Source: Clostridiales bacterium (lineage in GTDB: Bacteria; Bacillota; Clostridia; Christensenellales; Borkfalkiaceae). From it: 28,821 bases of DNA. Positions 24,538 through 28,821 of this stretch are shown here, in pieces. Within the stretch, counting starts at the first letter, position 1. Each line of letters begins with the position of its first letter. A model generated the notes under the pieces. It had not been told where the DNA came from. It did not search any database and was given only the letters and a program-made list of their open reading frames with translations. The stretch lies in the NCBI GenBank assembly GCA_003503945.1, contig DOCD01000154.1:1-28821 (forward strand), written 5' to 3'. The translations under genes were made by a program, and so were the position numbers.

Positions 24538-24566
24538 ATGATAACATATCCGTACCCAAAAAGCAA
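24538..24566 (-). promoter_or_regulatory. Probable trpS promoter
   Basis: TTGCTT (24566-24561), 17 bp, TATCAT (24543-24538); 23 nt from the -10 box to the ATG. Confidence 0.55.
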
Positions 24567-24702
24567 AGATTTTTTTGACGAATAACCCATAATCACCAAA
24601 CTTGCCCCCGTTTAACACCTCAAATACACGAAAACGGCGCCGCTTTTTACAAAAATCACGCACAATAATTAACCCGCGTTTTTAGTTGCCAAAATAAGGA
24701 AT

Positions 24703-25746
24703 ATGGCGTATAATGTGATTAATATGGATAACTGGGTATTAAAAGGCGTGAAAAACCTTGTCAACGAACCGGCGGAAACGCTCGAAGTTTCTCCGACGCA
24801 GGTCAAGGTGAAAATTACGCATCTTCTCATTTCCAATTTCGACGTACTGCTGTATAACGGCGATTTAACCGCGAATTACCCCAAAACTATCGGCAGATTT
24901 GCCGTGGGGCTGGTTACCGAAGTCGGCGAAAACTGTTACGGCGTAAAGAAAGGCGAACGCGTCTATCTCGAATCGGCGAAGTCGTGCGGGGTCTGCTATA
25001 ACTGCAAGAGCGGCAAACGCGACCTGTGCGACGATATTCAGCTTGCCGGAAGGGATTTCGACGGGTTTATGCGCGACTTCGTCGTGTGCGAATATACCGA
25101 CGTATCTCCCTTGCCCGACGCGGTGGACAACTTGAAGGCGCTGTGCATAGAAATGGTCGGCATTGCGGAAAATATCTATGATAAACTTAATCTGTCCGCG
25201 GGTCAGAGGGTTGCCGTAATCGGTTGCGACTGTTTGGGCAATATCATCGCGCAGGTTCTGCAATATCATAAGGTCATTCCGATAGTTATCGACAATACGC
25301 CCGAAAATCTGGAAAAGGTTAAAAAATGCGGCGTTTACTATACGTTTGCCGCCGACGACGAGGTCGTGCGCAACGTATCGGAAGCAACCAACGGCAACAT
25401 GTGCGACGCGGCGATATATTCCTCCGCCTCCCGCCTGCCCGTATCTCTTCCGCCCAGACTCGTGGGCAACGGCAAAGCGCTGGTTTTAAGCGGCTCTACT
25501 TCGATGCACAGCTCGGTTGACGCGCGCGACATTCTCGAAAAGAACCTTACCGTGTTCGGCGTAACCAACGCGGCGAACTACACCGATTCGGTAATAAACA
25601 TGCTGTTGCACGGCGCGGTTAACGTGGATTGCTTCGATAAAGAAATTTTAAGCCAGTTCGACCCTGCGGATATACTCGCGCGGTTCAGCGAGGGCTTCAA
25701 TACGACCGACAGCGGAAAACTGACCGTTTTGAAGATGATTTTCTGA
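24703..25746 (+). CDS. Medium-chain dehydrogenase/reductase (zinc ADH-like) fold protein with a degenerate catalytic site
   Basis: GroES-like VKVKI...GLVTEVGENCYGVKKGERV and structural Zn motif C-x2-C-x2-C-x7-C. Catalytic Cys and GHE are replaced (ISNFD, GRF). Confidence 0.82.
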   Translation: MAYNVINMDNWVLKGVKNLVNEPAETLEVSPTQVKVKITHLLISNFDVLLYNGDLTANYPKTIGRFAVGLVTEVGENCYGVKKGERVYLESAKSCGVCYNCKSGKRDLCDDIQLAGRDFDGFMRDFVVCEYTDVSPLPDAVDNLKALCIEMVGIAENIYDKLNLSAGQRVAVIGCDCLGNIIAQVLQYHKVIPIVIDNTPENLEKVKKCGVYYTFAADDEVVRNVSEATNGNMCDAAIYSSASRLPVSLPPRLVGNGKALVLSGSTSMHSSVDARDILEKNLTVFGVTNAANYTDSVINMLLHGAVNVDCFDKEILSQFDPADILARFSEGFNTTDSGKLTVLKMIF

Positions 25747-25766
25747 CGCGCGGAACTATCCGTGAT

Positions 25767-27182
25767 ATGCGCAAACTTACAAAATTATTATTTTCATTGA
25801 ATTTTCTATACGTTTTACTTATTGCGGCGGAAACTGCCGCAATAATTTTTTTATGCCTGTATCTGCCCGCCTTTATGTCGGTTGCGGCGGCTTTTGCGGG
25901 CGTGTGGCTTGTCACGGTTATCGCCGCCGTCTGCGCCGTGGTGAGCGGGGGCTCCGCCGAAACCAACTGCGCGGCAATCCTGTTTATCGTGGCGCTGCCC
26001 GTCGCGGGCGCGGTTATCTACTTTATTACGCGTGCGGGGAAACGAAAATGCTGCCGCCTTAAAGTTACGGGCGGCGTTTCGGTAAACGGCGAGGAACGCG
26101 CGGCGCAACTGTACTGCGGCACGGGCGGCGCGGACTACGACAAAGCGGTATACTTTAAAAGCGGCGCGGACTACTTTTCCACCCTGTTTTCGGAAATCGA
26201 ACGGGCGCAAAAATACGTCTGCCTCGAATACTTTATCGTCTGCCGCGGCAAAATTTTCGCAAGGCTCGTATCCGCGCTGCGCACGGCGAAAAGCCGCGGC
26301 GCGGAAATCAAAATAATAATCGACGGGATAGGCTCGGCGTTCAAGGCGGGTCGGCGGGAATACAAAACGCTGAAAACGCTGGGCGAGGTGAAAATTTTCA
26401 ACAGGCTCTCCCCGCTTGTCTGCACGGGCATAAACAACCGCGACCACAGAAAAATAGCCGTCGTCGACGGCAGGGTCGCGTTTACGGGCGGCTTCAACAT
26501 TGCGGACGAATACGCGAATATCACTAGCCCTCTGGGGTATTGGAAGGATACGGGGGTCGCGCTGTACGGCTGCGCGGCGAAGGTGTTCGGCGGAATGTTT
26601 TTCGCAATGTGGAACGACGGGTACGAAATGCGCGCGGAGTCGGGCGGAAAATACCGCTGCATCCCCTTTTGCGACAGCCCGCCCTCCCGCACGGCTTACT
26701 GCGAAAACGCATACCTTACCGCAATCAGCGCCGCAAAACGGCGGGTGCATATATTCACGCCCTACTTCTGCACGGGCGAAAAGCTGACCGCCGCGCTCGT
26801 GAGCGCGGCGGCACGAGGCGTCGACGTGCGGATTATTATCCCGCATATCCCCGACAAGAAATACGCATTCGAGCTTTCCAAAGCCTGCGCCGCGGAGCTT
26901 TCCTTGCGCGGGGTGAAATTCTACGAATATACCCCCGGATTTATGCACGCGAAAAGCATGGTCTGCGACGACAAGCTGTATATAGGCAGCTACAATATGG
27001 ATATCCGCTCTATGCGTTTGAATTACGAATGCGGAGTCGTGCTGGAAGGCAAGGTCTGCGAACAGGCGGAGCGCGACTTCTGGGAATGCGTGCGGCTGTC
27101 CGCGCCGTTTACGGAGGGAAAGCTTTCACCGCCGCGGCGGGCGTATCGTTTTATAATAAAGCTGCTTGCACCGCTTATGTAA
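25767..27182 (+). CDS. cls: Cardiolipin synthase (phospholipase D family)
   Basis: N-terminal TM helices and two HKD motifs (RDHRKIAVVDG...GGFNI; FMHAKSMVCDD...GSYN). Confidence 0.92.
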   Translation: MRKLTKLLFSLNFLYVLLIAAETAAIIFLCLYLPAFMSVAAAFAGVWLVTVIAAVCAVVSGGSAETNCAAILFIVALPVAGAVIYFITRAGKRKCCRLKVTGGVSVNGEERAAQLYCGTGGADYDKAVYFKSGADYFSTLFSEIERAQKYVCLEYFIVCRGKIFARLVSALRTAKSRGAEIKIIIDGIGSAFKAGRREYKTLKTLGEVKIFNRLSPLVCTGINNRDHRKIAVVDGRVAFTGGFNIADEYANITSPLGYWKDTGVALYGCAAKVFGGMFFAMWNDGYEMRAESGGKYRCIPFCDSPPSRTAYCENAYLTAISAAKRRVHIFTPYFCTGEKLTAALVSAAARGVDVRIIIPHIPDKKYAFELSKACAAELSLRGVKFYEYTPGFMHAKSMVCDDKLYIGSYNMDIRSMRLNYECGVVLEGKVCEQAERDFWECVRLSAPFTEGKLSPPRRAYRFIIKLLAPLM

Positions 27183-27194
27183 GCCGTTTCGTTC

Positions 27195-27223
27195 TTGACA
27201 AAATGTAATTTAAAAAGTATAAT
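27195..27223 (+). promoter_or_regulatory. Perfect sigma-A promoter
   Basis: TTGACA 27195-27200, 17 bp, TATAAT 27218-27223. Confidence 0.85.
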
Positions 27224-27243
27224 GTAATTATAATAATATATAT

Positions 27244-27523
27244 AGGCAAGCTGTCATAAATTAGAACAACCTTAGCGGCGTCTTTTCGTTGCTTTCCGTA
27301 CGCGGCTCCGTTCGGAGTACGTCTTTGTACGCCTCAGTCGCCGCGCGCACAAATCAATCGAAAATGCGCACGCTAAGGCGCGAAGCGGTTTTAACGGAGC
27401 AAATTTGCCGATTAGACGAGGAAATGACCGCAGATAATCCATAGACGGATTATCAAGGGCTTTGACGAAGTATAAGCCCAAATTTGCCCGTTAAAACTTG
27501 CTCGAACTTATAACAGCTTGCCT
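27244..27523 (+). other. About 280-nt structured element with paired ends (MITE-like or structured leader/ncRNA)
   Basis: Ends 27244-27269 and 27498-27523 pair at 22/26. Internal stems: 27270-27277/27371-27378, 27388-27407/27479-27497 and 27433-27454. Confidence 0.7.
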
Positions 27524-27556
27524 GCGTTACTCATTACGCAACAATAAGGTGAATAT

Positions 27557-28156
27557 ATGAAATTTGTGATTGCATCCGACGTACACGGTTCGGCAAAGTA
27601 CTGCAAGCTTTTAATCGACGCGTTCAGGCGCGAAAATGCGGATAAGCTTCTGCTACTCGGCGATATCCTCTACCACGGGCCGAGAAATCCGCTGCCCGAC
27701 GGATATTCGCCCAAAGAGGTTGCGGAAATGCTTTCGGAAATAAAGGAAAAAATTATTGCGGTAAGCGGGAACTGCGACGCGGAAATCGACGCAATGATTT
27801 TACCCTTCCCGCTTTCGGACTACGCGGCGGTGTTTGCCGACGGAATTAACTTTTATATGTCGCACGGGCACCGCGCCGTGCCGCCCCTCTGCGGCGGCGA
27901 CGTGTACCTTACGGGGCACACCCACGTGCCGCTGAAAGAAGCGGGGCAGTATATCCACCTCAACCCCGGCTCGGTTTCGCTGCCCAAAGAAAACAGCAAA
28001 CGCGGCTATATACTTTACGACAACCGCAGGTTTGTTTTCAAAACGCTCGAGGGCGAACAGTACGACAGCCTCGAAGTGACGAGCGGAATTCCGCAGAGCG
28101 CGCCCCGCGCCCCCGCCGTCCGCCGCAAGGTAGTGCGCAGAAGAAGATTGATTTAA
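27557..28156 (+). CDS. yfcE: YfcE-family metallophosphoesterase
   Basis: SDVHGS, LGDILYHGPRN, GNCD, SHGH, TGHTH, NPGSVSLPK. Confidence 0.92.
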   Translation: MKFVIASDVHGSAKYCKLLIDAFRRENADKLLLLGDILYHGPRNPLPDGYSPKEVAEMLSEIKEKIIAVSGNCDAEIDAMILPFPLSDYAAVFADGINFYMSHGHRAVPPLCGGDVYLTGHTHVPLKEAGQYIHLNPGSVSLPKENSKRGYILYDNRRFVFKTLEGEQYDSLEVTSGIPQSAPRAPAVRRKVVRRRRLI

Positions 28157-28160
28157 GTAT

Positions 28161-28199
28161 AAGCCCTCTCGGAACCATCAAACGATTCCGAGGGGGCTT
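28161..28199. terminator. Terminator hairpin between convergent yfcE and Cys-rich genes
   Basis: AAGCCCTCTCGGAA-N11-TTCCGAGGGGGCTT (one G-U pair). Confidence 0.7.
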
Positions 28200-28423
28200 A
28201 TTATTTCAAAAATTTTTTTTAAATCCGCTTCCGCTTCGTCGAACCTCTGAGGCGAAAGCTCGTATTCGACTTTGCGTTTGTACCACTCGCCGCAGCTGTT
28301 TTCGCGGTCGATAATTTCCTCGCGTAAAGCACAGTAATATTTCTTTTTTCTGAATAATCTATACCATCCGCAGTCGTAAAGCGTTTTACAGTTTCCGCAA
28401 TATTTACATATCTTCGTTGTCAT
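28178..28423 (-). CDS. Small 4-Cys protein B (C-x2-C-x21-C-x12-C)
   Basis: GGAG 10 nt before ATG 28423; MTTKICKYC...YYC...NSCGEW followed by a C-terminal helix. Confidence 0.65.
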   Translation of the reverse strand: MTTKICKYCGNCKTLYDCGWYRLFRKKKYYCALREEIIDRENSCGEWYKRKVEYELSPQRFDEAEADLKKIFEIISPLGIV

Positions 28424-28676
28424 CGCGCTCACACTCCAGCAATTTGCGTAATTGAGACAGTTCCGTCAAAAAATTGTTGAGATTTATTTTTATAAGTCTG
28501 TTGCTCCGACGGCTTTTTGTAGCGGGCACAAATTTGTCGCAGGTTTCGTGAATATTCACATCTGCGACCTTTTTCGAACACCAACCGCACTTCGCCTTAT
28601 TAAAGCTTTTTACGCCCTTTGTGTAATATCTGTCTAAATTCTTACATCTGAAACATTGATTGCTACCGTTTTCCAT
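28404..28676 (-). CDS. Small 4-Cys protein A (C-x2-C-x21-C-x12-C)
   Basis: AAGGAG SD; QCFRC...GWC...ETCDKF followed by a Leu-rich C-terminal helix. Confidence 0.72.
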   Translation of the reverse strand: MENGSNQCFRCKNLDRYYTKGVKSFNKAKCGWCSKKVADVNIHETCDKFVPATKSRRSNRLIKINLNNFLTELSQLRKLLECERDDNEDM

Positions 28677-28695
28677 TTTGTTACTCCTTAATAAA

Positions 28696-28766
28696 ATAGG
28701 TATTACCTATATATAATCTACCATAGGTAGTGCCTATAAGTCAAGTATTTTATAGGCATTTCCTAT
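28696..28766. promoter_or_regulatory. Three ATAGG-N5-CCTAT operators in a divergent intergenic region (cassette 3)
   Basis: Perfect dyads at 28696-28710, 28723-28737 and 28752-28766. Confidence 0.78.
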
Positions 28767-28788
28767 AAAATAAAATTAAGGAGTTAAT

Positions 28789-28821
28789 ATGATTACACTT
28801 GAACAAATTCAAAAAAGATTA
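28789..28821 (+). CDS. 5' end of a probable Xre-family regulator (truncated by the window edge)
   Basis: AAGGAG SD, then MITLEQIQKRL. Only 11 codons are visible, so the Xre identity is inferred from helix-1 style and context. Confidence 0.5.
   Translation, partial: MITLEQIQKRL

Noticed and set aside
27272-27481. 69-aa minus-strand ORF within the structured element
   Set aside because: No SD, antisense to a strong promoter, and no recognisable motif.
27244-27523. Assignment as RNase P, tmRNA, SRP or 6S RNA
   Set aside because: It lacks GAGGAAAGTCC (only GAGGAAATGACC), tRNA-like ends, and the SRP GGAA-loop domain. It is too long and branched for a typical 6S. An Infernal search is needed to exclude these fully.
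1-28821. Many alternative-frame and antisense ORFs in the track (e.g. 1099..1614, 3768..4271, 4683..5396, 8831..9529, 10792..11565, 13507..14517, 19648..20292, 25851..26948)
   Set aside because: They overlap well-supported genes, have Arg/Ala-rich shadow composition typical of GC-rich codon usage, and show no motifs or SD.
1-28821. CRISPR array, rRNA, tRNA, integrase or transposase
   Set aside because: I found no regularly spaced identical repeats with unique spacers, no RNA-gene signatures and no recombinase motifs.

Overview
This is a Clostridia-like (Bacillota) chromosomal window. The backbone is GC-rich housekeeping genes: glucokinase-rex, nrdD-nrdG-dut, SPFH plus Arc/RHH, glpK, rlmD, trpS, an MDR-fold protein, cls and yfcE. 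Three AT-rich cassettes interrupt it, each with an Xre HTH gene divergent from a small accessory gene and repeated palindromic operators in the shared promoter (about 5.7-7.1 kb, 11.8-12.9 kb and 28.2-28.8 kb). A tightly packed minus-strand gene run (23382 to 12883) begins with a DUF5685-like protein carrying two Asp-rich isoprenoid-synthase-type motifs. It continues with two paralogous TPR proteins that both end in QMGG plus a Cys-rich tail, which is the best candidate here for an undescribed system. The run ends in a 1873-aa surface protein whose M60-like peptidase domain lacks HExxH. Several intergenic regions hold highly structured non-coding elements, including a roughly 280-nt multi-stem element directly behind a perfect sigma-A promoter and a 32-bp motif that occurs twice. 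I found no CRISPR array, rRNA, tRNA, integrase or transposase. All family assignments come from motif recognition by eye; no database searches were run.
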